In this document: one piece after another, positions 24,401 to 34,835 of the stretch
How the letters are laid out: each line of letters begins with the position of its first letter
How positions within the stretch are numbered: the first letter of the stretch is position 1
DNA from: Monocercomonoides exilis PA203
Lineage: Eukaryota > Protista > Preaxostyla
Length of the DNA stretch: 64,000 nt
Reading direction: 5' to 3'
Assembly: GCA_001643675.2 (NCBI GenBank)
Contig: LSRY02000005.1
Span: 1,488,001-1,552,000 of the forward strand
Position numbers and translations under genes: made by a program
Notes under the pieces: generated by a model
What the model was told of the DNA's origin: nothing
Database searches by the model: none
The model's input: only the letters and a program-made list of their open reading frames with translations

Positions 24401-26518
24401 TGCATTTTTGATGGGAGTTCAAAGGAAAGAAATGAGGAATATTTGAATACAGGAGAAGAGATGTGCAGATGGGATGGATCTCTTGTGGATGTTGTGAAGA
24501 GTTCTGTGATGATGAAAGACACAACAATATCGAATTCAGCTGAAGGGGGAATAACAATGAGCGGAGGAGCATTGACTATTAGTGATGGAAGATTTGAGAA
24601 CAATAATCCAACTATTGAAGGATATCCATCGCTGAAAAGGAATATCATCTGTTCTAATGCTGGAACATTGAATGTGGTTAGTTTGAAAGGAGGAGATGGT
24701 TGGAAGGATAACTCATCACTCTGGATGCTGAATGACGGGTGCAGTTTTGAAGGGATTGTTTCAGAAAGGGATTCATCATTCTTCATTCCCGTTCTGGAGA
24801 GTGTGGATGCAAAAGAAGAGGCAAATAGAATGAAGCTGATATTCAAAGGGATGCTTCTTGTTCCATGCAATCTGTCATTCTCAGTTGTGAAGAGAAAAGG
24901 AGAAGAGAAAGAGATTGAAAAGCACAATTTTGTTTCAAATGGGTTTTTGTCAGAAAGGGTAGTTGAAGGAAGTGTGGGAAAAGATCTCATCAGCAATTGT
25001 GAAAATGAAGTAGAAGTGAGTGTGTGCATTGTGTTTGGGAATGCAGAATCGCCTTCATCAACAAATTCATTCATTCTGAAGAACAGAAGTGAGATTGAGC
25101 TAAAAGGAGATGAAAGAATTGTTGAAGGAGGAAAAGAAGGAAAATCGATATGGCCCATAATTGTAATAATTGTGTGCATTGTTTGTGTAATACTGCTTGT
25201 AGTCATTGTTGTTTTGGCTGTAAGATGGAGAAGAGCAAAGAATGAGAACAAAGATCTGAGAGAGATTGTGAATGACTCTGTGAAAAAGGATCCGAAACTG
25301 ATTGAGATGGTGACGATGGAGATGTCACCTGAAGCGCAGTGGAGGAGAGCGGAGAAGGAAGCAGAGAAGAAAAACGAAGAGAGGATAAAGAAAAGAATAA
25401 ATGGAAAGGAGATGGTGCATTCAGAGTCTGAAGAATATCTTCTATCTGAGAGTGGCTCCACTGAATACATTCTTGGAAAAGACTCAGACAAGATTCCACA
25501 ATGGATGCTGAAGAAGGTTGATGAGAAGGAGGAAGAAGAAGAAACAAGAAAGAGAACGCCTTCACCTTCCATTTCATCAACTTCAACAACAGATACCGAC
25601 ACAACTTTTGTTCGAGGTGAAGATCTGTGCCCAACCACCTCTTCCATGTCGAATCTGGTGGATGCAATGGCATGTTCATCTCCACACGAGAAATTGATTG
25701 TGGATTTGAGGGACTCGCTGTTCATGTTGTTGCATGGAAGGAACGAGAAAAAGGAGATGGCGATTGGCACCTTTCAGGAAAGAGAACAAACAGCTGCCCA
25801 AATCCTGTTCTGGGTGGCAAACGGAGCTCTTCATTCCTTTGACGAAATGGACAATCCTCTTTCTTCACTTGCCAATCTCAGTCCTCACATTGTGCTGTTC
25901 TCTGAACATATGGTCATCTGCATTGCGATGCACTCGGACTGTTCTTCTGATGATAGTTCAGATTCATCGTCGATCTCTTCATTGACAATTGTTTCTTCTT
26001 CGTCCAATATATCGTTGATGAGCGAAAGATTCACCGATTCTCCACCTCCATCATCCGCGTTTGAGGATGATGAAAACGCCAGAAAAGAGTTTTTGAGATG
26101 GAAGGCACCAGAGCTGCTGATGAACAAGAAGATGGGGGCAACCAAGGAGTCTGTGGTATTCTCGATTGGGATGATGCTGTGGGAGTGTCTGACGCTGCAG
26201 ATCCCGTTTGGGGAGTATGAAGGGGAAGTTGCAGGGCAGAAGATCGCAAACGGGGAGAGGCCGAGCACAGACACGATTCAAGACTCCAAGCTCACAAATT
26301 TGGTGAAGAGCATGCTTTCATCGACGGTATCAGACCGACCGTCTCTTGTATTTCTGAAAAGTGAGTGCATTCGGCTTTTCCCTCAAAACGCGTGCAACTT
26401 CACAGTTTCTGATGCAATCGACCTTGCGATGGAGTCAAACTGCAGCGAATGCAACAATGGCAGCTGCTCGACAAAGAAAAGCAGCAAGACAACAACTCAA
26501 ACGCTGGCTGAGCAGTAA
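18458..26518 (+). CDS. Giant type I membrane protein: signal peptide, repeated Pmp/pectin-lyase-like beta-helix units, one TM helix, cytoplasmic tyrosine-kinase-like pseudokinase (copy 1)
   Basis: Uninterrupted ORF; ATG 18458 (MARFSTSAKV) is shared with the paralog. GGA(L/I)/FxxN motifs, four G-x-D/E-x3-CG-x4-PC modules, TM at ~25148-25222, LRWKAPELL...VFSIGMMLWECLTLQIPF. Confidence 0.9.
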   Translation: MARFSTSAKVSINIVALMLVVVNCCNTSIIAVKQNQQETNWEMPESTISVENSSNKYYNKNGIGAAKDVFSSGDRVSCARTNVNIINASLCVSDLAMEPLSGCAFLAAQHHSSCTIFSSTCQIHADASHALFLSSHSSLSFSNFSLSVHQPAILSFPLFSLPQNLLPDAHSPIHTSFSISHSSFSSFISLHNPFLFSPSSSSSSSLLYRHLQIHLDLHLSDTLFTNITTAPQSTHTIPVKPTHTHNSFTTTTTITTNTNTTNTNTIPFLSLRSSLSIHSTIFFHAHNPIDGAILPNLNSPSTSLSAFNASFLHQTRSSPNVAVVHVGTESRRKRPGRLDSFDENNHRFEWCEWNDSNGDSDHGGALYVNCSNANLTITSCSFNKCSASDHGGALLCQYLLQISISKSSFTNCSATHGGANCIMFPQTNSVWTFSENRVENCSITYWCGTGWYFWLNDIPSNAQFLFTNCKCNANSGGDAAGSLSFNRPPQNKISHFSINECWFINNKLTSSSSWGGAGIYFDRTYSWMNGVKFITFCFFDGNSAANGRGNDVFFYGSDITQSPFENCGSTAPTQRVWNNNTAENAEFNSWLPLINQNKIVANDGSDVDACGEANKPCATIDYTLRCIAPFSDASLTLLDSTFTPAKTLTFRAPNTRITGNGTTTTTIVSSGILQPPNSHLQSSQSTSSFSFSLSSSSTSTSSSPDPSATSALFAQTQGSLTVSALALAHNSTNPITPILFHLSQNSPSLNLNTTTIAGTTPSSSSITTPLFFVTAGSLALNHTAITQLSLNSQSIFYLTSITAPLTLNSSNITHITSTATPASCVLSSATSPALSLSLANCTITNINSAPQNQQTATNGGCISFASSVPANSFSVSDTTFSSCCVSEDTSSGGRGGALMIEFNEVLQVSASSFSIANIMFSANKASVGRDMYFLCESFVTSVKEPLFTFMRSITEKDNSVVGHDRTHMFRDWDVDLFIFLDGYTSDTIYVDGTSGVEKVYCGLEKAPCLNANYGMGHLKRSQNIKQEIILCANSSVAGCLDVGGMSVKSKSETIVGVECQREVSGSEDCILKSTSMTEMEFIGIIVPSSFIRTMSAVIESGTQNGELHMKNCEMSVIGGNKNTIEFSLIRSTGKMVELDFVRISDVKSSVALLSISPSSGTVNEDEFRVKLLNCTIEGCSLDDSSFDGSPLMISSSVLFENSNFSNIENKGSEEGGVARVILKENEELVIKSINASSCSLLKNNGKGGFLYLDCQNCLNEKPFLFDAGISFENNKAAIGKNMFIFGKDLNSSVTNDSFKFDYPSMKDDKTLFVGSDDFHQEKDLFIFLVSYNSMEIFISSSGFDVARCGSEEEPCFTMWKGMENMEKEIGRKTIQIEVSTFIRDLFNMSNYQIKKSVKMGEENVKAILNFEKAIGSQLEYFMVNEIHLELANIQLQLVSGFDNSAKTIISNINGDLVITGCSFHSEAEVNNGFECVFVDAIGGSVEVNDLSMESCNVGNSIFAIHDSGIACHLENVHVKSFNESGGCILSIKKSEAGLKINEGSEGGINLQIDKSSFSGVKRSDNGASILESKSENKICLIVNESNITEDKAEMSEKGGDIFFTLGASGSMKMIESTISHCSCSNSTGRGGGVYLATKETGFLNFTFVGMKFSANTASVGNDIFIECFNITSQINETQFRFDLREGHYSRIDAIYGIDRCEHKEDTDLIDFVTIFQSDTIIVSSLNGSNERQCGTSTLPCHSIDYGLMHLTSDFISLMFIVEESVIVEEISLKEMSLSSKIREMCKVEVKSGIEKAKDALITTNGEVSLLRVNFVFDLNFISSHESLISPEGGILEIMNCSFDSKQQTEDGNAAFTSIPFHLINMAKGELQLDGCTISNLILHKSALSLSSPLPSVIDSFEICNSTIQTSLIDINECGQMNIDRLLAENISVEENEDSLISCLTMKKTIHLTNCTMGGVGSKTTKGKLMKLENCTDVKMDSCIFDGSSKERNEEYLNTGEEMCRWDGSLVDVVKSSVMMKDTTISNSAEGGITMSGGALTISDGRFENNNPTIEGYPSLKRNIICSNAGTLNVVSLKGGDGWKDNSSLWMLNDGCSFEGIVSERDSSFFIPVLESVDAKEEANRMKLIFKGMLLVPCNLSFSVVKRKGEEKEIEKHNFVSNGFLSERVVEGSVGKDLISNCENEVEVSVCIVFGNAESPSSTNSFILKNRSEIELKGDERIVEGGKEGKSIWPIIVIIVCIVCVILLVVIVVLAVRWRRAKNENKDLREIVNDSVKKDPKLIEMVTMEMSPEAQWRRAEKEAEKKNEERIKKRINGKEMVHSESEEYLLSESGSTEYILGKDSDKIPQWMLKKVDEKEEEEETRKRTPSPSISSTSTTDTDTTFVRGEDLCPTTSSMSNLVDAMACSSPHEKLIVDLRDSLFMLLHGRNEKKEMAIGTFQEREQTAAQILFWVANGALHSFDEMDNPLSSLANLSPHIVLFSEHMVICIAMHSDCSSDDSSDSSSISSLTIVSSSSNISLMSERFTDSPPPSSAFEDDENARKEFLRWKAPELLMNKKMGATKESVVFSIGMMLWECLTLQIPFGEYEGEVAGQKIANGERPSTDTIQDSKLTNLVKSMLSSTVSDRPSLVFLKSECIRLFPQNACNFTVSDAIDLAMESNCSECNNGSCSTKKSSKTTTQTLAEQ

Positions 26519-27579
26519 TCTCCAGTGAAGCCACTGCGTTCAACAACATTTTGGCATCTGTTTCAGGCATTCAAGAGAAAATCGGGAATTGGGGATATTG
26601 GCTGAAGCCGATTGAAAGAATTTGTGTTTGTATTTTGTTGAGTTGCGAAAAGGAAACGATGCAGCTGTGCTGATGCCAACGAATGTTTATCAGGATTCAG
26701 CGTGATTCGGATATTCAGCGTTGCGTGTATTTGTGGATGCGACTTGTTTGTTTTAATGATGTGCTTTTATTTCATAAAAGCAGAATTGGAAGTTATTTCA
26801 ATCAATACGAATTGAAAATTTAGATAACTTTTATTTTAAGAAAAATGGAATGGCTTTTGCAGAAGAATCGACATTCTCAATGGCAGGATGTGATTATTCT
26901 GTGAAATGAGTCTGTTTGTTTTATTTCATGAAAAGACTCAAAAAACATTGAAAATCTCAATACTAATTATTTTTTTCAGAAAATAATGAAAAAAACGATG
27001 AAATGTGAAAGAAAAGTGAAAAAAAGAAAAGAAAAGAAATAATTGAGAGGGATTTGAAATGAAAAAAAGGATTTTGTTCATGTTTTGTTTCCTTGTGGAG
27101 TGGTATTGAAAAAAGAAGTGAAAGAATGGGGAAAAAACTCCAAACAAATGATCCAATTAAAAATTGAAAACAAACTCGTTATTCGAGAAAAACAAATATC
27201 ATGAAGAAATCTTCTCAATGACAATCAACAGGGAATTTGAGAAACATGAGAACATTTGTTGTTTTTATTTTCATTTCTCATTTCTTTTCTCACAATGAAA
27301 TAAATCATTCAATCGGGTATTTTTAAAATATCTTGATTTTGACACCCTTCAATTTGATTGAAATATTCACACTTTGCAATCGCTGAGTTTGTTCCATATT
27401 TTCAGAGATCAGGATCTCATTTTTGTTATTTCAGCACATCTTATCTGAATCATAGAAGATCGTTCTTATCTCATTATTCTTTGGACAAATGTGGAGAACA
27501 AGTGGAGAAATCCCTTTTCCTTTTATACAAAAAAACAATATTGATGAATCAATATTCAAGGAGTTCGGAAGTTGCTTGA

Positions 27580-28360
27580 AATGACTTCACAGAAAATAAT
27601 GGATTGTTTATTGTTCAAACAATGAGGAATCCAGAAAGCTTGGAATGGAAGAAAGACAATAATTCACTGCACTTGGTGAATGGAAACATATTCAGCAGGA
27701 AAGATTTGAACTGGAGGGCAATTTGTGGCTTCAGAAGAGAAAGATCGAACATGGATGAATTGTGAAAACTGAGATTTTGAAAAAAAGTTAACAAGAAGCC
27801 TTGCCCAAGCATTATCTGCACTTTCCACTTCCAATAGATAACAATTTCAATTGAGAAGCTCTCTGATACCATCAACAGCTTCACAGCTCCAATTCTCCAA
27901 AATCAATTCAGATGATAATTGGAGGAGTCTGATCGAGCATTCTGAGAATGTTCCTCATTCACGGAACATGGATAAAAAAAAATATGGGAGAATGACAGTT
28001 TCATTCATTCAAGAATGAAAAATATTTGGAAATGGAAGATTGATAAAAAAATGAGTGCATTTTCTTGAGAAGAGCAGAAGATACACAAATTTTTAACAAA
28101 ATCACAGATGCTCCATGGATGAGATGAACTGAATAAGCAAAGAACAGATTCCTTTAAAACACAATGTTCAAGAGAGGAAGCACATTTCAGAAATTGTTTT
28201 CATGGCACATAAAGATAAAGATGTGCTCAAGAACAATTTGTTCATCTAAAAACAAAAATCAGGACAATGGAAGCGAACTGTTTCCTGTTGTGTTGTTGAA
28301 GCCATGTTTGAATAGTCTCATTTCAAAAGTCAACTTTTGCAGATTGCGGAGTGGTTGATA
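27580..28360 (+). pseudogene. Probable decayed coding relic, unassigned
   Basis: Purine-rich, higher-GC stretch with many stops between AT-rich flanks. No motif recognised. Confidence 0.25.
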
Positions 28361-28569
28361 AAAAAAAAGAACGATTCTTCAGAAACATAAGTCTTTCGCA
28401 AATAAAATTGCTCACATAAATAAGCTTATTCATAGTCTTATTCAATTATGTTCTTGATTTTGGAAATTCATCCATATTTGATATCAAAGGTCAATGATTT
28501 TTCGTTGTTATTTGTTGAATGATTATTATCATTTGAAGATGAATTTGAAACGTGAATGAGACAACAAAT

Positions 28570-28608
<39 letters not shown>

Positions 28609-29004
28609 AATAAAAACTGATTTTTCAGGAAAAAAAGATGACAAACAAAAAACTATTTTTAAGCTTTTGTTGTTCATAATTATTGTGCAATTCTTTTTGA
28701 AAATTTGCAAATACAAAATATTCAAAAAAAAAAAAATAATCATCTCATAATTCATGATAAACTGTCACAATTAAATTATCAAATGCAACAAACGAACAAA
28801 CAATAAGGAGCTGGCGTCAATAATACATCACTGTTTGCTCATTTTATTTTCCATCACGTTATTTTTATGATCTTGTTGTTTTTAAGCTTTTTGAGGTTTA
28901 ACATCCTCTCTCAACATAACAGATATATATTCTTCGAAATTTTTTCGCAGAATTTTTTAACTTTTCAATTTTCCATAAGTTTTTTTGTCCCACCCACCCG
29001 ACCG

Positions 29005-29067
<63 letters not shown>

Positions 29068-29874
29068 GATTCAAATTTTCATAAATATTATGTGGACACA
29101 AAAATACTCATTTTTCATTATATTTGATTCTACTATTAAAAAGTTATTCAAATGAAATGAAAATCTTATTTAAGCTCCATTTGAATAATTCAACAATTGA
29201 AGCTATAAAACAAAATATCTTCAATAAATTATTGCATCTTTCGTTTATGAAGAATGAATTGATGATAGTGTTTTAATCATAACTTATTTTTGTGGAGTTC
29301 AACATTGAAAGGAAGAATATCATAAGCAAAATTTATATATTAATTAAAATGTTCAACACGTCTCAATTATTGAAAAAGCCTAATTTCGATATGAAAGAAA
29401 GATGAAGATGACTTTGATTATTTTCACAAAATTTCAGTTCATCAATAAAAATTCAAAATAAATATTCGGACCAAAACGACTGATTGATATTTCGCAATAA
29501 AGCATTTCCACGAACACAAGGAGCATTTTTTCTCCTTCGATAATAATAATTTGATACTATTTATTTGTGGCTATGAAACGAACTTCCACAAAACTTATAT
29601 TCTCAGATGTTTATTGTCCGCTTGAAAAATGGAACGACAACATGTGAGAATTCAAACAAATAAAACGAGTGAAAGGATTTCGATTTTATTTATTTGTTTG
29701 AAAGAGTGGAAAATTAATTAAAGAGTTCGCAAGAAGCCGAACATGGACAACAAAGGCCTTTGCTTTTAATTTAACTCAGAATCGAAAGAAGAAGAAAAAG
29801 AAATATAAGAGAATGTTCAGATCGAGATCAATTGACAAAAAGTCTTAGACAAGTTATCACAACATGATCACAAA

Positions 29875-30930
29875 GAAGAAACAGAAACATCTGTTGAGAG
29901 ACCTTTGTGTATTTTTGCCAGACAAAAAGAGTGGAAGACGAAGAGGATAGCGACTGGGATTCGGAAGAGCAAGATGCACCGGACGAGAAAGAAAGAACAG
30001 ATGACTTCACTCGAATTTTTCACAGGGAGTGGCTGACTCCCCGGAGACAAGCGAGCGAGTTGAGGAAATTCTTTGAGTTCTGTGAGGCGGGATCCTTATG
30101 AATGAATGAGGACATATTGAATACGTTTGTTCCGGAGAGCGAGAAGGAGTTTTTACAGGACATACAGACACAAGCTGGAACGCGCTAGCCAGGACAGCCA
30201 TTACAACGAAGGGGAGAAGAGACTCACCAGAAGCGATCCGAGCAATCGAACTCCTCCAGCTTACCCTGGAATCGGGCTTCGAAGCAGCGAAAACGATTGT
30301 AGCACTAACGGTAAAGGAACAATGGAAGGCACACCTCATGGAAGAAGAGAAAGAAAGACTGAGAGGACTTATTTGCGCCTATGCGCTTATTGCCGACTGC
30401 ATCAGCAGAATGAACCTTCTGAAAGTTAAACCTCAGTCAAGCTGGGGGAGTGTGAAAGGTTTTCTGGAAGGAGGAATGACTAAAGGCTATTCAGAAAATT
30501 TTTGAAAGTTGTTGGAGAGCACCAGTTTTTTTCAAGAAGAGGGAGATGCAACAGGATACGGTGCATCTCCCGGTTCCACAACAGGTTTTGGGCCTGCAAC
30601 GGCCAGAAGTGGATCCCCGAGAAGATACAGTTCGTGTTGGAGCACACAGGGATTTGCATGCAGACAGCTCCAGAGAAGGTGATATAGAAGGAGCTTCACG
30701 AACTTCAGAGAAAGGATGAAGTCAACACAAGCCCCACCACAGTATACTCCAGCACCAGTTGGGAGACTTGCCCCGATCACATTCCCCCTTCCCCCAGCTC
30801 CCCCGAGGATACAGGGAGGAACAGCAACAGGAACAGCTATTGGAACGAGCCAATGTACTGAGAAGAAGAGAAAGCCACTCTTTACCGCGAGACCGAGAGA
30901 AGAGAGAGAGAGTCAAGTTCCAGCGAAATG
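29875..30930 (+). pseudogene. DIRS gag-like ORF relic
   Basis: Position upstream of RT; fragmented purine-rich ORFs ending in a Pro/Gln-rich tail. Confidence 0.5.
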
Positions 30931-31399
30931 ACAACTCAACAAGAAACCGTTGCTACTGGTAAGATGAGATCAGAGACGGAAGTGCCGAAACAATACGTGA
31001 ATACCGGAGAGGCTGTGAGCTTGTAAGACCAAAGGAGTGAGAGAGAACGAGAAACTACAGGTGATCGGACGTTAGAGATATTGATAGAAGATGTGCAACA
31101 CGAGGCTACGAGAATAGAAGGAGACAACGCATATCCCCGTGTGACGGGACAGATGAGCGAGAGGAGGAACGAGAAGAGAGTCTTGAGAGCTTCTGGGACT
31201 GTTATCAAGTCCCCAATTGGGAGCACCCTGGAGGAGAGTTCGAAGACAGTAATTGCAGATATTCTCGAAGGAGAATAGAATACACAGATGCAGCATGGCT
31301 ACAAGACGCCAGAAGTGAAAATGAGAATAGTGATTGGACCACCGAAAGAGTCACTTCCGGGGAGATTAGTGAACAGGCTGAAATAGTGCAAGAAGATTG

Positions 31400-32850
31400 G
31401 GGGAGACAAACAAGTTAGCCGTGGTTAAAGAGCTCGATGGAAAAGTTCTCAGTCCCCAATTTCACTCGAGGAGAGGAAACACAAACAGGAGTTTCGGTGA
31501 ACGATAAAGATGATGAACACTTATATGTTCCTCTTGAAAGAGGAATTGAAGGACAGAGTGGTGAAGCCTGTGCCAGAGTCGGAGGTGAAGTGGTTCAACA
31601 CGACGTTCATCGTTCGAAAGAAGAACGGAAAGTGGAGAAAGATCTTGGATTGCAGAACTCCAAACGAGGATGTGCAGCGAAAACACTTCAAGATGGATTT
31701 CCAGGAGACAGTGGTGGAACTCCCGGAGGAGAACGACTGGATGACAACTCTGGACATATCGAGAGCATTATAACATGCAAAGGTGGACGAGCAATTTAGT
31801 CCCTATCTGTGTTTCAGCTTTCAAAGTCAATGCTACGCTCACGTGGGGATGCCATTTGGAGCGAAAGATGCGACCAGAGTTTTCACGAAGATAATGAGAT
31901 TGGCAGCGTCATATATCAGAGAAAAGTGGAAGTTAAAGTTTGAAATATATCTGGACGACATTCTCCTCATGCATCCAGACAGCGATGCATTGAGATTGAT
32001 CTCACAGGAGATAGCCCAGTTCCTGAGAAATTTGGGCTGGATACTGTTGGAAGAGAAATTGAACTTGTTACTAACAAGGAGTGTGGAGTTTTTGGGATGG
32101 ATGTGGAATTCAGAGAAGATGGAAGTGATGCTCCAAGAGAGGAAGAGAGTGCTGCTGCTGGAGGATGTGCGAACCTGGATAACACTGGCAAAGAAGAGAA
32201 AGAGACAGAAGACGAGAGACCTGGCAGCACTCCTCGGAAGGTTGAACATCGTGAGACTGCAACACACACCAGCGAGTTTGTGGATGATGTGCATGCTTAA
32301 AATGCTGAGGCAGGCAATAGCCCGCGGAGGCTGGAAGGGAACGGTAATAGCCAACCCAATGTTGTTGGGAGAATTAACACATTGAAGGAAAATCCTGCTG
32401 GAGAACAAACGGAGGTGCCTGAAGAGAAGGAACAGACTAGCAGAACTTGCAAAGAACGCCTCAGAACTGGGGTTGAGCGCAGAATTAACAATACCGACAG
32501 AAAGCAGAAAGGAGAAGATATAAATCCACGGAAGTTGGACACCATGGGAGAGCATGCAAGCAATCAACGAGAAGGAGTCCGGAGCAGTGTTGAGGACACT
32601 AGAGAGAAAGGGAGCATGGCTGCAGCAACAGAGGATAGATCATATTCGTCTGAAGACAGACAACATGTCCACGAGATGGACGATTCAGAAGAAAAGGGGA
32701 GCGTCATCTCTCATTCCAAAACTGAGTGCATTAGAGAAGAAACTGAACAGTCTAGACATTGCAATACAAACGGAACATCTCCCGGGAGAACAGAATATAG
32801 AAGCAGATGCACTCAGCCGGATGGTGAAAAAACCGGATTATGCACTGGGG
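31400..32850 (+). pseudogene. DIRS reverse transcriptase and RNase H
   Basis: FIVRKKNGKWRKILDCR, HFKMD, GMPFGAKDATRVFTKIMR, IYLDDILL, VEFLGWMWN, then INEKE, LKTDNMST, HLPGEQNIEADALSR. Stops at ~31771 and 32383. Confidence 0.93.
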
Positions 32851-32859
32851 GATGAGGAA

Positions 32860-33279
32860 GTCGCAGAGATATTTCAAATCGTCACATCGAGATCACAAGA
32901 AATAATTTCAGAACAGATTGCTCCGGTGCCCTGAGGAAGTATTTGGAAACTCTCCTCTCTGAGAAGGGAGAGAGAGAAAGAAATGTCAGAAGGCGAGATT
33001 GTGCTTGTTTACACGTTCCTGAGAAATATTGGATAGGTGATGAAAGAGAAGATGAACGAAGCTCAGAGGGAACTTACGATCCTGATTCTACCATCCTGGC
33101 GGGGGCAGACTTGGACCGCGCTACTGCAGCCTGGGCATTTGATAAAGACCCTGGGGACCTTTCAGGAGTGCGTGATACCAGGAGCGAAGATGAGAAGGAA
33201 AGGCTGGAAACTACCCCCAGGAGAGGTAATAAGCGTTATACTGGAGAGGAGAATATCCCAGGAAGGGACCTCTTCTTAA
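32860..33279 (+). pseudogene. DIRS DNA N6-adenine methyltransferase-like domain relic
   Basis: ILILPSWRGQTWTALL motif after RNase H, typical of DIRS1-like pol C-termini. Confidence 0.6.
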
Positions 33280-34235
33280 CGTGGGGAGAATATGTGGGAG
33301 CGAAGGACATTGCAGCAGCAATACTAAAAAATCAAAAGAGTGAGAGAGATACGTGGAAAGCACTGCGAAGATTCAAACAATTCCTAGATAGAGAGAGCAT
33401 GGATGACACTGATCAACTCACAAACAAAGATGCCAAATGGATTATGGCAGAGTTAACCGAAACGCTTTCAAATACTAACCTGTCTAGTGGAGTGATTCAT
33501 CAAACAGTTCGGAAAGTGCTGGAGTCTATTAATCTATTCAGAGAGACTAAGATGGATGTGAAAGACATTGAAATATTTCTAAAGACTTATGTGGGAGAGA
33601 AGCCGAGAAATGGCAAAAGATACAAATCGATGTGGGATCTTGCAGTTATTTCAAAATGGGCAGAAGCCACATATGATATGACGGACCCACAGATCCTCCA
33701 AAGGTGAGCTCTCATCCTGACCATGATTTTCTGCGATTGAAGATCAGCTGAGCTGGAGAGAATGAGAAGCGAGACAACGATATTTAAAGACAATATAGTA
33801 CAGACACAAGCACAAACCAAAACATCTGGAGGGGAGACTGTCAAGGTTATTATTACTGAACATCCAAACACTCGTATCGATGCTGTTTTGGCGTTCCAAC
33901 GTTGGATGGAGTTTACAAAGACAACTTTAAAGGATGAACATGTGAAGTTTGATATTTAAGAGGGACAGCCTGCAAATTTGTTGAGAATTAAGGAAGAGGA
34001 AACTGCGATTCTGAGAGAGAAAAGAATACCGGAAACTTTCACCGCGTACTCTATTAGACACGCAGTGATTACGCACTTAGAAAGATAAGAAGGAGCGGAC
34101 TGGAAGGCGATCAATGCGTATGCGAGATGGGCGCCGGGTTCGAGAGTGGCCCATTAATACTACACTGTTTTTTACAGTGCAGGACACGAAGTGGATCCTG
34201 GAGATGATCAGCTGCCCAGTATCCCTTGTATGAGA
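33280..34235 (+). pseudogene. DIRS tyrosine recombinase
   Basis: RYKSMWDL, *RSAEL (catalytic R), QTKT (K), FTAYSIRHA, ARWAPGSRVAH*YY; several stops. Confidence 0.88.
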
Positions 34236-34741
34236 GGGAGACAAGTCGGAGAAGGATAGTAAAAGAAAGGTTGTTTGAAATGAGAATACAGAATCAGGAA
34301 CAAATGAATACACTGAAGAGATATCACAAGTGGGGTGAAAGGAGCAGAGCAAGAGGAAGAGATCGAAGAAACGAGGCTTCATTCAAGATGAAAAGAGTCG
34401 TTTAAAGAATAGATTAACTCAACTCCCCTAATGAAGGAAGACGCACCGCATAATTCCCCGCTTTATTATGAAGCTGACGGAGGGCAGACAGACTGCCTCA
34501 CAGAAAAAGTCTGAAACTGATAGGAGGAAACGCGGAGAGAGAAGCATAGGGCAAATTGTCACGATTGTCCAAGCGCAGAAGACCAGATCAAGAACACACT
34601 ATGGACACCCCAAGAAGGGGAGGATGTTGAGCAGGAGTACCGCACCTTCATCCGCAGGCTCTCAACACATCCGCCGCACGATGACGTGCTAGTCATGAGG
34701 GTTTCAGATCACGCGTACTGAGACAGAAAGGATTTCAAGAC

Positions 34742-34835
34742 TCATTATCGAGGAGCAAACCTGCTCCTTGCGTTCGTTGATTCGCTCCATTGCGAATTGA
34801 TAGAACGCAGTGAGACAGGTTTGCTCCGAGATAAT
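34742..34835. other. DIRS internal complementary region (ICR), itself a long hairpin
   Basis: First half complementary to 29507-29546, second half to 35454-35491; the two halves are inverted repeats of each other. Confidence 0.8.

Noticed and set aside
24178-25770. 530-aa antisense ORF and many other overlapping ORFs
   Set aside because: Shadows of real genes caused by codon bias and low complexity; no independent motifs.
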